From: the human T2T-CHM13v2.0 reference genome, Homo sapiens | Assembly: GCF_009914755.1 (NCBI RefSeq) | Contig: NC_060948.1 | Length of the DNA: 64,000 nt | Direction: 5' to 3' (one strand) | Shown: positions 13,601-28,567 of the stretch, one piece after another | Numbering within the stretch: position 1 is the first letter of the stretch | Layout: each line of letters starts with the position of its first letter | Notes under the pieces: generated by a model | The model's database searches: none | Seen by the model: the letters and a program-made list of their open reading frames with translations, nothing else | What the model was told of the DNA's origin: nothing | Translations under genes and position numbers: made by a program

Positions 13601-14246
13601 CTGGCAGGGAATCAAAAGGAATGTAATCGAATGGATTGGACTGGAATGCAATGGACTCGAATAGATTGGAAACGGAATGCAAAGGAATGGAATGGAATAG
13701 TATGGAATGCAATGGAAGGGAATGGAGTGGAATAGACTAGAGTGGAATGGAATGGACTGGAAAGCAATGGACTGGAATGGAACTTTCTTGGATGGACTGG
13801 AATCAAACGGAATGGAATGCAATGCAATCAAATGGCATGGAATAAAATAGAATGAAAGAGAATCAAATGGAATTGAATCGAATGGAATCGAATGGATTGG
13901 AAAGGAATAGAATGGAATGGAATGGAATGGACTAGAATGGAATGGATTCGAATGGAAGGCAAAGGAATGGAATCTATTGGAATGGACTGTAATGGAATGG
14001 AATGGAAGGGATTGGAATGGACTCGAATGGAATGGACTGCAATAGAAAGGATTCGAATGGAATGAAAAAGAATTGAATGGAATAGAACAGAATGGAATCA
14101 AATCGAATGAAATGGAATGGAATAGAAAGGAATGGAATGAAATGGAATGGAAAGAATTCGAATGGAATGCAATCGAATGGAATGGAATCGAACGGAATGG
14201 AATAAAATGGAAGAAAACTGGCAAGAAATGGAATCGAAATGAATGG
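10678..14246 (+). repeat. Unit 4 (3569 bp), subtype B
   Basis: Pure tract of 9 GGAAT; private 15-bp deletion near 13933; extra EcoRI site at 14154. Confidence 0.92.
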
Positions 14247-17200
14247 AGTGTTATGGAACGGACTCAAAAGGAATTGAATGTAATAGAATGGAGTGGAGTG
14301 GACTCGAATATAATGGACTGGAATGGAATGAAATCACATGGAATGGGAACGAATGGAATGGAATGGAAAGGAATGGAATCGAATGGAAAGGAATCGAATG
14401 GAAGGGAATGAAATTGAATCAACACGAATGGAAGGGAATAGAATAGACTGTAATGGAATGGACTCGAATAGAATGGACACGAATGCTCAAATTAAATGGA
14501 CTCGAATGGAATGGAAACGAAAGGAATGTCATCGAATGGAATTGAATCGATTGGAATGAAATCGCATAGAATGGAGTGGAATCAAATGGAATTGAATCGA
14601 AAGGAAAGGAAGCGAATGGACTGAAATGAAATGGAATGGAATTGAATGGAAAGTAATGCAATGGAATAGAATGGAACGAAATTTCACGGAATGGAATCAA
14701 ACTGAATGGAATCAAATCAATGGAATCAAATCAAATGGAATGGAAAGGAATTGAATGGATTAGATGGGATTGGATGGGATTGGAATGAAATGTACTGGAA
14801 AGGACTCGAATTTCATGAAACGGAATGGAATGAATTGGAACGGAATGGACTCGAATGGAATGGAATGTCATGGGATGGCATCAAATGGAATGACATCAAA
14901 TGGAATGGAATCGAATGCAATGGAATGCTATGGAATGGAATGGAATGCATTGGAATGGAATGTCCGCTAATGGAATGGATTCGAGTGGAATGGAATTGAA
15001 TATAATGGAGTCGAATGAAATGGAATTGAAAGGAATGGGATCGAATACAATGGAATATACTGGAATGTAACGTAATGAACTCGAATGTAATTGACTGGAA
15101 TGGAATGTACATGAATGGAATGTAATCGAATGGAAAGTAATCCAATGGAATAGAATCTAATGCAATAAAATCGACTCAGATAGAGTAGAATGTAATGGAA
15201 TGGAGTGCAGTGCAATGGAATGGAATGGAATGGAATGCAATGGAATGGAATGGAATGGAATGGAATGGAATGGAATGGAATGGAATGGGATGGAATGGTA
15301 TGGAATGGATAGTAATGGACTGGAGTGAAATGGACTGGAAAGGAATGGACTCAAATTGAAAGGGCTCGAAAGGAATGGAGTCAAATGGAATGGTCTGGAA
15401 TGGAATGAACACGAATGTAATGCAACCCAATAGAATGGAATCGAATGGCATGGAATATAAAGAAATGGAATCGAAGAGAATGGAAACAAATGGAATGGAA
15501 TTGAATGGAATGGAATTGAATGGAATGGGAACGAATGGAGTGAAATTGTATGCAGTAGAAGAGAATAGAATGGAATGCAAGCGAAAGGAAAGGAATGGAT
15601 TGGAATGGAATGGAATTCATTGGAATGGAAGGGAATGTAGTGTAATGGACAGGCCTGGAATAAAGTGGAATGCTACGGTCTCGAATGGAATAAAAATGTA
15701 TGGAATGGAATGCAATGAAACGGAATCGAATGTCATAGAATGTAATGGAATGCAAAAAAATGGAATCCAAAATCATTGACTGGAAAGGCTGGGTGTCGAA
15801 AGGAATTGACTCCAACGGAATGGAATCGAATGGAATGGAAGTGAATAGAATCGAACTAAATCGAATGGAATGGAATTGATAGGAACGGAATGGAAAGGAA
15901 TGCAATGATTTGGCATGGAATGGAATCGAATGGCATCGAATGGAATGGAATGGAATGCAATGGAATGGAATGTATTAGAATGTAATGAACTTTAATGGAA
16001 TGTACTCGAATGGATTCGACTGGAATGGAATGTTCTGGAAGTGAATGGACTCCAATGGAATGGATTCAAAAGGAATGGAATCGTACGGAATGGAATCTAA
16101 TGGAATGGAATTAAATGGAAATGAATCAAATTGAATAGCACGGAATTGAATTGAATGGAATGGAATGCAATGGAATCTAATGAAACGGAAAGGAAAGGAA
16201 TGGAATGGAATGGAATGGGCTGGAATGGAAAGGAATCGAAACGAATGGAATGGAATCGAAGTGAAGAGACTGGAATGGAATGCACTGGAATGGAAGGGAG
16301 TGTAATGGAAGGTTCTCGAAAAAAATGGAATCGAATGGAATGGAATTGAATGGAACGGAATAGAGTCGAATGGAATTGAATGGAATGGAATGGACTAGAG
16401 TGAAATGGAATCGAACCACAAGGAATGGACAGGAATAGAATGGTCTCGAATTGAATGGAATCGTATGGAATGGCATCAAACGGAATGGAATGGACAGCCA
16501 CGGAATGGAATGCACTCGAAAGCAATGGAGTCGAAACTAATGGACTGGAATAGAATGGACTCGACTGGTACGGACTCCAATGGAATGGAATCGAATGGAA
16601 GGGAATCGAACGGAAGGGAATCGAACGGAATGGACTCGAAGGGAAAAGACTGCAATGGAAAGGTCTCGAATGGAATGGAAATTAATGGAATGGAATGGAA
16701 TCGAATGAAATGGAGTCAAAAGGAATGGAATCGAATGGCAAGAAATCGAATGTAATGGAATCGCCAGGAATTGATGTGAATGGAACGGAATGGAATGGAA
16801 TCCAAAGGAATGGAATAGAATGGAATGGAATCGAATGGAAAGGACTCGAATGGAAATCACTCGAATAGAATGCAATTTAATAAAATAGGATCAAATGGAA
16901 TGGAATGGAATGGAAAGGAATCGAAACGAAAGGAATGGAGACAGATGGAATGGAATGGAACAGAGAGCAATGGTATAGAATGGAATGGAATCATCTGGAA
17001 TGGAATTGAATGGAATGGAATAATATGAAATGGAATGGAATGGAATGGAATGGAATGCCCTTGAATTGAATGGACTGGAATAGAATGGACTCAAACAGAG
17101 TGGAATGGAAAGTGTGGAGATAGAATGGAATGAACTCCTTTGGAATGGTGTAGTATGCAATGCAATCGACTGGCAGGGAATCAAAAGGTATGTAATCGAA

Positions 17201-17830
17201 AGGATTGGACTGGAATGCAAAGGACTCGAATAGATTGGAAACGGAATGCAAAGGAATGGAATGGAATAGTATGGAATGCAATGGAAGGGAATGGAGTGGA
17301 ATAGACTAGAGTGGAATGGAATGGACTGGAAAGCAATGGACTGGAATGGAACTTTCTTGGATGGACTGGAATCAAACGGAATGGAATGCAGTGCAATCAA
17401 ATGGCATGGAATAAAATAGAATGAAAGAGAATCAAATGGAATTGAATCGAATGGAATCGAATGGATTGGAAAGGAATAGAATGGAATGGAATGGAATGGA
17501 CTCAAATGGAATGGACTAGAATGGAATGGATTCGAATGGAAGGCAAAGGAATGGAATCTATTGGAATGGACTGTAATGGAATGGAATGGAAGGGATTGGA
17601 ATGGACTCGAATGGAATGGACTGCAATAGAAAGGATTCGAATGGAATGAAAAAGAATTGAATGGAATAGAACAGAATGGAATCAAATCGAATGAAATGGA
17701 ATGGAATAGAAAGGAATGGAATGAAATGGAATGGAAAGGATTCGAATGGAATGCAATCGAATGGAATGGAATCGAACGGAATGGAATAAAATGGAAGAAA
17801 ACTGGCAAGAAATGGAATCGAAATGAATGG
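14247..17830 (+). repeat. Unit 5 (3584 bp), subtype B
   Basis: Pure tract of 9; shares diagnostic variants with unit 7. Confidence 0.92.
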
Positions 17831-20800
17831 AGTGTTATGGAACGGACTCAAAAGGAATTGAATGTAATAGAATGGAGTCTAGTGGACTCGAATATAATGG
17901 ACTGGAATGGAATGAAATCACATGGAATGGGAACGAATGGAATGGAATGGAAAGGAATGGAATCGAATGGAAAGGAATCGAATGGAAGGGAATGAAATTG
18001 AGTCAACACGAATGGAAGGGAATAGAATAGACTGTAATGGAATGGACTCGAATAGAATGGACACGAATGCTCAAATTAAATGGACTCGAATGGAATGGAA
18101 ACGAAAGGAATGTCATCGAATGGAATTGAATCGATTGGAATGAAATCGCATAGAATGGAGTGGAATCAAATGGAATTGAATCGAAAGGAAAGGAAGCGAA
18201 TGGACTGAAATGAAATGGAATGGAATTGAATGGAAAGTAATGCAATGGAATAGAATGGAACGAAATTTCACGGAATGGAATCAAACTGAATGGAATCAAA
18301 TCAATGGAATCAAATCAAATGGAATGGAAAGGAATTGAATGGAGTAGATGGGATTGGATGGGATTGGAATGAAATGTACTGGAAAGGACTCGAATTTCAT
18401 GAAACGGAATGGAATGAATTGGAACGGAATGGACTCGAATGGAATGGAATGTCATGGGATGGCATCAAATGGAATGACATCAAATGGAATGGAATCGAAT
18501 GCAATGGAATGCTATGGAATGGAATAGAATGCATTGGAATGGAATGTTCTCTAATGGAATGGATTCGAGTGGAATGGAATTGAATATAATGGAGTCGAAT
18601 GAAATGGAATTGAAAGGAATGGGATCGAATACAATGGAATATACAGGAATGTAACGTAATGAACTCGAATGTAATTGACTGGAATGGAATGTACATGAAT
18701 GGAATGTAATCGAATGGAAAGTAATCCAATGGAATAGAATCTAATGCAATAAAATCGACTCAGATAGAGTAGAATGTAATGGAATGGAGTGCAGTGCAAT
18801 GGAATGGAATGGAATGGAATGCAATGGAATGGAATGGAATGGAATGGAATGGAATGGAATGGAATGGAATGGGATGGAATGGTATGGAATGGATAGTAAT
18901 GGACTGGAGTGAAATGGACTGGAAAGGAATGGACTCAAATTGAATGGGCTCGAAAGGAATGGAGTCAAATGGAATGGTCTGGAATGGAATGAACACGAAT
19001 GTAATGCAACCCAATAGAATGGAATCGAATGGCATGGAATATAAAGAAATGGAATCGAAGAGAATGGAAACAAATGGAATGGAATTGAATGGAATGGAAT
19101 TGAATGGAATGGGAACGAATGGAGTGAAATTGTATGCAGTAGAAGAGAATAGAATGGAATGCAAGCGAAAGGAAAGGAATGGATTGGAATGGAATGGAAT
19201 TCATTGGAATGGAAGGGAATGTAGTGTAATGGACAGGCCTGGAATAAAGTGGAATGCTACGGTCTCGAATGGAATAAAAATGTATGGAATGGAATGCAAT
19301 GAAACGGAATCGAATGTCATAGAATGTAATGGAATGCAAAAAAATGGAATCCAAAATCATTGACTGGAAAGGCTGGGTGTCGAAAGGAATTGACTCCAAT
19401 GGAATGGAATCGAATGGAATGGAAGTGAATAGAATCGAACTAAATCGAATGGAATGGAATTGATAGGAACGGAATGGAAAGGAATGCAATGATTTGGCTT
19501 GGAATGGAATCGAATGGCATCGAATGGAATGGAATGGAATGCAATGGAATGGAATGTATTAGAATGTAATGAACTTTAATGGAATGTACTCGAATGGATT
19601 CGACTGGAATGGAATGTTCTGGAAGTGAATGGACTCCAATGGAATGGATTCAAAAGGAATGGAATCGTACGGAATGGAATCTAATGGAATGGAATTAAAT
19701 GGAAATGAATCAAATTGAATAGCACGGAATTGAATTGAATGGAATGGAATGCAATGGAATCTAATGAAACGGAAAGGAAAGGAATGGAATGGAATGGAAT
19801 GGGCTGGAATGGAAAGGAATCGAAACGAATGGAATGGAATCGAAGTGAAGAGACTGGAATGGAATGCACTGGAATGGAAGGGAGTGTAATGGAAGGTTCT
19901 CGAAAAAAATGGAATCGAATGGAATGGAATTGATTGGAACGGAATAGAGTCGAATGGAATTGAATGGAATGGAATGGACTAGAGTGAAATGGAATCGAAC
20001 CACAAGGAATGGACAGGAATAGAATGGTCTCGAATTGAATGGAATCGTATGGAATGGCATCAAACGGAATGGAATGGACAGCCACGGAATGGAATGCACT
20101 CGAATGCAATGGAGTCGAAACTAATGGACTGGAATAGAATGGACTCGACTGGTACGGACTCCAATGGAATGGAATCGAATGGAAGGGAATCGAACGGAAT
20201 GGAATCGAACGGAATGGACTCGAAGGGAAAAGACTGCAATGGAAAGGTCTCGAATGGAATGGAAATTAATGGAATGGAATGGAATCGAATGAAATGGAGT
20301 CAAAAGGAATGGAATCGAATGGCAAGAAATCGAATGTAATGGAATCGCCAGGAATTGATGTGAACGGAACGGAATGGAATGGAATCCAAAGGAATGGAAT
20401 AGAATGGAATGGAATCGAATGGAAAGGACTCGAATGGAAATCACTCGAATAGAATGCAATTTAATAAAATAGGATCAAATGTAATGGAATGGAATGGAAA
20501 GGAATCGAAACGAAAGGAATGGAGACAGATGGAATGGAATGGAACAGAGAGCAATGGTATAGAATGGAATGGAATCATCTGGAATGGAATTGAATGGAAT
20601 GGAATAATATGAAATGGAATGGAATGGAATGGAATGGAATGCCCTTGAATTAAATGGACTGGAATGGAATGGACTCAAACAGAGTGGAATGGAAAGTGTG
20701 GAGATAGAATGGAATGAACTCCTTTGGAATGGTGTAGTATGCAATGCAATCGACTGGCAGGGAATCAAAAGGAATGTAATCGAATGGATTGGACTGGAAT

Positions 20801-21414
20801 GCAATGGACTCGAATAGATTGGAAACGGAATGCAAAGGAATGGAATGGAATAGTATGGAATGCAATGGAAGGGAATGGAGTGGAATAGACTAGAGTGGAA
20901 TGGAATGGACTGGAAAGCAATGGACTGGAATGGAACTTTCTTGGATGGACTGGAATCAAACGGAATGGAATGCAATGCAATCAAATGGCATGGAATAAAA
21001 TAGAATGAAAGAGAATCAAATGGAATTGAATCGAATGGAATCGAATGGATTGGAAAGGAATAGAATGGAATGGAATGGAATGGACTCAAATGGAATGGAC
21101 TAGAATGGAATGGATTCGAATGGAAGGCAAAGGAATGGAATCTATTGGAATGGACTGTAATGGAATGGAATGGAAGGGATTGGAATGGACTCGAATGGAA
21201 TGGACTGCAATAGAAAGGATTCGAATGGAATGAAAAAGAATTGAATGGAATAGAACAGAATGGAATCAAATCGAATGAAATGGAATGGAATAGAAAGGAA
21301 TGGAATGAAATGGAATGGAAAGAATTCGAATGGAATGCAATCGAATGGAATGGAATCGAACGGAATGGAATAAAATGGAAGAAAACTGGCAAGAAATGGA
21401 ATCGAAATGAATGG
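17831..21414 (+). repeat. Unit 6 (3584 bp), subtype B
   Basis: Pure tract of 9; shares diagnostic variants with unit 4, including the extra EcoRI site at 21322. Confidence 0.92.
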
Positions 21415-24400
21415 AGTGTTATGGAACGGACTCAAAAGGAATTGAATGTAATAGAATGGAGTGGAGTGGACTCGAATATAATGGACTGGAATGGAATGAA
21501 ATCACATGGAATGGGAACGAATGGAATGGAATGGAAAGGAATGGAATCGAATGGAAAGGAATCGAATGGAAGGGAATGAAATTGAATCAACACGAATGGA
21601 AGGGAATAGAATAGACTGTAATGGAATGGACTCGAATAGAATGGACACGAATGCTCAAATTAAATGGACTCGAATGGATTGGAAACGAAAGGAATGTCAT
21701 CGAATGGAATTGAATCGATTGGAATGAAATCGCATAGAATGGAGTGGAATCAAATGGAATTGAATCGAAAGGAAAGGAAGCGAATGGACTGAAATGAAAT
21801 GGAATGGAATTGAATGGAAAGTAATGCAATGGAATAGAATGGAACGAAATTTCACGGAATGGAATCAAACTGAATGGAATCAAATCAATGGAATCAAATC
21901 AAATGGAATGGAAAGGAATTGAATGGAGTAGATGGGATTGGATGGGATTGGAATGAAATGTACTGGAAAGGACTCGAATTTCATGAAACGGAATGGAATG
22001 AATTGGAACGGAATGGACTCGAATGGAATGGAATGTCATGGGATGGCATCAAATGGAATGACATCAAATGGAATGGAATCGAATGCAATGGAATGCTATG
22101 GAATGGAATGGAATGCATTGGAATGGAATGTCCGCTAATGGAATGGATTCGAGTGGAATGGAATTGAATATAATGGAGTCGAATGAAATGGAATTGAAAG
22201 GAATGGGATCGAATACAATGGAATATACTGGAATGTAACGTAATGAACTCGAATGTAATTGACTGGAATGGAATGTACATGAATGGAATGTAATCGAATG
22301 GAAAGTAATCCAATGGAATAGAATCTAATGCAATAAAATCGACTCAGATAGAGTAGAATGTAATGGAATGGAGTGCAGTGCAATGGAATGGAATGGAATG
22401 GAATGCAATGGAATGGAATGGAATGGAATGGAATGGAATGGAATGGGATGGAATGGTATGGAATGGATAGTAATGGACTGGAGTGAAATGGACTGGAAAG
22501 GAATGGACTCAAATTGAAAGGGCTCGAAAGGAATGGAGTCAAATGGAATGGTCTGGAATGGAATGAACACGAATGTAATGCAACCCAATAGAATGGAATC
22601 GAATGGCATGGAATATAAAGAAATGGAATCGAAGAGAATGGAAACAAATGGAATGGAATTGAATGGAATGGAATTGAATGGAATGGGAACGAATGGAGTG
22701 AAATTGTATGCAGTAGAAGAGAATAGAATGGAATGCAAGCGAAAGGAAAGGAATGGATTGGAATGGAATGGAATTCATTGGAATGGAAGGGAATGTAGTG
22801 TAATGGACAGGCCTGGAATAAAGTGGAATGCTACGGTCTCGAATGGAATAAAAATGTATGGAATGGAATGCAATGAAACGGAATCGAATGTCATAGAATG
22901 TAATGGAATGCAAAAAAATGGAATCCAAAATCATTGACTGGAAAGGCTGGGTGTCGAAAGGAATTGACTCCAATGGAATGGAATCGAATGGAATGGAAGT
23001 GAATAGAATCGAACTAAATCGAATGGAATGGAATTGATAGGAACGGAATGGAAAGGAATGCAATGATTTGGCATGGAATGGAATCGAATGGCATCGAATG
23101 GAATGGAATGGAATGCAATGGAATGGAATGTATTAGAATGGAATGAACTTTAATGGAATGTACTCGAATGGATTCGACTGGAATGGAATGTTCTGGAAGT
23201 GAATGGACTCCAATGGAATGGATTCAAAAGGAATGGAATCGTACGGAATGGAATCTAATGGAATGGAATTAAATGGAAATGAATCAAATTGAATAGCACG
23301 GAATTGAATTGAATGGAATGGAATGCAATGGAATCTAATGAAACGGAAAGGAAAGGAATGGAATGGAATGGAATGGGCTGGAATGGAAAGGAATCGAAAC
23401 GAATGGAATGGAATCGAAGTGAAGAGACTGGAATGGAATGCACTGGAATGGAAGGGAGTGTAATGGAAGGTTCTCGAAAAAAATGGAATCGAATGGAATG
23501 GAATTGAATGGAACGGAATAGAGTCGAATGGAATTGAATGGAATGGAATGGACTAGAGTGAAATGGAATCGAACCACAAGGAATGGACAGGAATAGAATG
23601 GTCTCGAATTGAATGGAATCGTATGGAATGGCATCAAACGGAATGGAATGGACAGCCACGGAATGGAATGCACTCGAAAGCAATGGAGTCGAAACTAATG
23701 GACTGGAATAGAATGGACTCGACTGGTACGGACTCCAATGGAATGGAATCGAATGGAAGGGAATCGAACGGAAGGGAATCGAACGGAATGGACTCGAAGG
23801 GAAAAGACTGCAATGGAAAGGTCTCGAATGGAATGGAAATTAATGGAATGGAATGGAATCGAATGAAATGGAGTCAAAAGGAATGGAATCGAATGGCAAG
23901 AAATCGAATGTAATGGAATCGCCAGGAATTGATGTGAATGGAACGGAATGGAATGGAATCCAAAGGAATGGAATAGAATGGAATGGAATCGAATGGAAAG
24001 GACTCGAATGGAAATCACTCGAATAGAATGCAATTTAATAAAATAGGATCAAATGTAATGGAATGGAATGGAAAGGAATCGAAACGAAAGGAATGGAGAC
24101 AGATGGAATGGAATGGAACAGAGAGCAATGGTATAGAATGGAATGGAATCATCTGGAATGGAATTGAATGGAATGGAATAATATGAAATGGAATGGAATG
24201 GAATGGAATGGAATGCCCTTGAATTGAATGGACTGGAATAGAATGGACTCAAACAGAGTGGAATGGAAAGTGTGGAGATAGAATGGAATGAACTCCTTTG
24301 GAATGGTGTAGTATGCAATGCAATCGACTGGCAGGGAATCAAAAGGTACGTAATCGAAAGGATTGGACTGGAATGCAAAGGACTCGAATAGATTGGAAAC

Positions 24401-24988
24401 GGAATGCAAAGGAATGGAATGGAATAGTATGGAATGCAATGGAAGGGAATGGAGTGGAATAGACTAGAGTGGAATGGAATGGACTGGAAAGCAATGGACT
24501 GGAATGGAACTTTCTTGGATGGACTGGAATCAAACGGAATGGAATGCAGTGCAATCAAATGGCATGGAATAAAATAGAATGAAAGAGAATCAAATGGAAT
24601 TGAATCGAATGGAATCGAATGGATTGGAAAGGAATAGAATGGAATGGAATGGAATGGACTCAAATGGAATGGACTAGAATGGAATGGATTCGAATGGAAG
24701 GCAAAGGAATGGAATCTATTGGAATGGACTGTAATGGAATGGAATGGAAGGGATTGGAATGGACTCGAATGGAATGGACTGCAATAGAAAGGATTCGAAT
24801 GGAATGAAAAAGAATTGAATGGAATAGAACAGAATGGAATCAAATCGAATGAAATGGAATGGAATAGAAAGGAATGGAATGAAATGGAATGGAAAGGATT
24901 CGAATGGAATGCAATCGAATGGAATGGAATCGAACGGAATGGAATAAACTGGAAGAAAACTGGCAAGAAATGGAATCGAAATGAATGG
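21415..24988 (+). repeat. Unit 7 (3574 bp), subtype B
   Basis: Pure tract of 7; shares diagnostic variants with unit 5. Confidence 0.92.
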
Positions 24989-27900
24989 AGTGTTATGGAA
25001 CGGGCTCAAAAGGAATTGAATGTAATAGAATGGAGTGGAGTGGACTCGAATATAATGGACTGGAATGGAATGAAATCACATGGAATGGGAACGAATGGAA
25101 TGGAATGGAAAGGAATGGAATCGAATGGAAAGGAATCGAATGGAAGGGAATGAAATTGAATCAACAGGAATGGAAGGGAATAGAATAGACTGTAATGGAA
25201 TGGACTCGAATAGAATGGACACGAATGCTCAAATTAAATGGACTCGAATGGAATGGAAACGAAAGGAATGTCATCGAATGGAATTCAATCGATTGGAATG
25301 AAATCGCATAGAATGGAGTGGAATCAAATGGAATTGAATCGAAAGGAAAGGAAGCGAATGGACTGAAATGAAATGGAATGGAATTGAATGGAAAGTAATG
25401 CAATGGAATAGAATGGAACGAAATTTCACGGAATGGAATCAAACTGAATGGAATCAAATCAATGGAATCAAATCAAATGGAATGGAAAGGAATTGAATGG
25501 AGTAGATGGGATTGGATGGGATTGGAATGAAATGTACTGGAAAGGACTCGAATTTCATGAAACGGAATGGAATGAATTGGAACGGAATGGACTCGAATGG
25601 AATGGAATGTCATGGGATGGCATCAAATGGAATGGCATCAAATGGAATGGAATCGAATGCAATGGAATGCTATAGAATGGAATGGAATGCATTGGAATGG
25701 AATGTCCTCTAATGGAGTGGATTCGAGTGGAATGGAATTGAAAATAATGGAGTCGAATGAAATGGAATTGAAAGGAATGGGATCGAATACAATGGAATAT
25801 AGAGGAATGTAACGTAATGAACTCGAATGTAATTGACTGGAATGGAATGTACATGAATGGAATGTAATCGAATGGAAAGTAATCCAATGGAATAGAATCT
25901 AATGCAATAAAATCGACTCAGATAGAGTAGAATGTAATGGAATGGAGTGCAGTGCAATGGAATGGAATGGAATGGAATGCAATGGAATGGAATGGAATGG
26001 AATGGAATGGAATGGAATGGAATGGGATGGAATGGTATGGAATGGATAGTAATGGACTGGAGTGAAATGGACTGGAAAGGAATGGACTCAAATTGAAAGG
26101 GCTCGAAAGGAATGGAGTCAAATGGAATGGTCTGGAATGGAATGAACACGAATGTAATGCAACCCAATAGAATGGAATCGAATGGCATGGAATATAAAGA
26201 AATGGAATCGAAGAGAATGGAAACAAATGGAATGGAATTGAATGGAATGGAATTGAATGGAACGGGAACGAATGGAGTGAAATTGTATGCAGTAGAAGAG
26301 AATAGAATGGAATGCAAGCGAAAGGAAAGGAATGGATTGGAATGGAATGGAATTCATTGGAATGGAAGGGAATGTAGTGTAATGGACAGGCCTGGAATAA
26401 AGTGGAATGCTACGGTCTCGAATGGAATAAAAATGTATGGAATGGAATGCAATGAAACGGAATCGAATGTCATAGAATGTAATGGAATGCAAAAAAATGG
26501 AATCCAAAATCATTGACTGGAAAGGCTGGGTGTCGAAAGGAATTGACTCCAATGGAATGGAATCGAATGGAATGGAAGTGAATAGAATCGAACTAAATCG
26601 AATATAATGGAATTGATAGGAACGGAATGGAAAGGAATGCAATGATTTGGCATGGAATGGAATCGAATGGCATCGAATGGAATGGAATGGAATGCAATGG
26701 AATGGAATGTATTAGAATGTAATGAACTTTAATGGAATGTACTCGAATGGATTCGACTGGAATGGAATGTTCTGGAAGTGAATGGACTCCAATGGAATGG
26801 ATTCAAAAGGAATGGAATCGTACGGAATGGAATCTAATGGAATGGAATTAAATGGAAATGAATCAAATTGAATAGCACGGAATTGAATTGAATGGAATGG
26901 AATGCAATGGAATCTAATGAAACGGAAAGGAAAGGAATGGAATGGAATGGAATGGGCTGGAATGGAAAGGAATCGAAACGAATGGAATGGAATCGAACTG
27001 AAGAGACTGGAATGGAATGCACTGGAATGGAAGGGAGTGTAATGGAAGGTTCTCGAAAAAAATGGAATCGAATGGAATGGAATTGAATGGAACGGAATAG
27101 AGTCGAATGGAATTGAATGGAATGGAATGGACTAGAGTGAAATGGAATCGAACCACAAGGAATGGACAGGAATAGAATGGTCTCGAATTGAATGGAATCG
27201 TATGGAATGGCATCAAACGGAATGGAATGGACAGCCACGGAATGGAATGCACTCGAATGCAATGGAGTCGAAACTAATGGACTGGAATAGAATGGACTCG
27301 ACTGGTACGGACTCCAATGGAATGGAATCGAATGGAAGGGAATCGAACGGAATGGAATCGAACGGAATGGACTCGAAGGGAAAAGACTGCAATGGAAAGG
27401 TCTCGAATGGAATGGAAATTAATGGAATGGAATGGAATCGAATGAAATGGAGTCAAAAGGAATGGAATCGAATGGCAAGAAATCGAATGTAATGGAATCG
27501 CCAGGAATTGATGTGAACGGAACGGAATGGAATGGAATCCAAAGGAATGGAATAGAATGGAATGGAATCGAATGGAAAGGACTCGAATGGAAATCACTCG
27601 AATAGAATGCAATTTAATAAAATAGGATCAAATGTAATGGAATGGAATGGAAAGGAATCGAAACGAAAGGAATGGAGACAGATGGAATGGAATGGAACAG
27701 AGAGCAATGGTATAGAATGGAATGGAATCATCTGGAATGGAATTGAATGGAATGGAATAATATGAAATGGAATGGAATGGAATGGAATGGAATGCCCTTG
27801 AATTAAATGGACTGGAATGGAATGGACTCAAACAGAGTGGAATGGAAAGTGTGGAGATAGAATGGAATGAACTCCTTTGGAATGGTGTAGTATGCAATGC

Positions 27901-28567
27901 AATCGACTGGCAGGGAATCAAAAGGAATGTAATCGAATGGATTGGACTGGAATGCAATGGACTCGAATAGATTGGAAACGGAATGCAAAGGAATGGAATG
28001 GAATAGTATGGAATGCAATGGAAGGGAATGGAGTGGAATAGACTAGAGTGGAATGGAATGGACTGGAAAGCAATGGACTGGAATGGAACTTTCTTGGATG
28101 GACTGGAATCAAACGGAATGGAATGCAATGCAATCAAATGGCATGGAATAAAATAGAATGAAAGAGAATCAAATGGAATTGAATCGAATGGAATCGAATG
28201 GATTGGAAAGGAATAGAATGGAATGGAATGGAATGGACTCAAATGGAATGTACTAGAATGGAATGGATTCGAATGGAAGGCAAAGGAATGGAATCTATTG
28301 GAATGGACTGTAATGGAATGGAATGGAAGGGATTGGAATGGACTCGAATGGAATGGACTGCAATAGAAAGGATTCGAATGGAATGAAAAAGAATTGAATG
28401 GAATAGAACAGAATGGAATCAAATCGAATGAAATGGAATGGAATAGAAAGGAATGGAATGAAAAGGAATGGAAAGGATTCGAATGGAATGCAATCGAATG
28501 GAATGGAATCGAACGGAATGGAATAAAATGGAAGAAAACTGGCAAGAAATGGAATCGAAATGAATGG
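24989..28567 (+). repeat. Unit 8 (3579 bp), diverged singleton
   Basis: Pure tract of 8; many private substitutions; extra EcoRI site at 25281. Confidence 0.92.
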
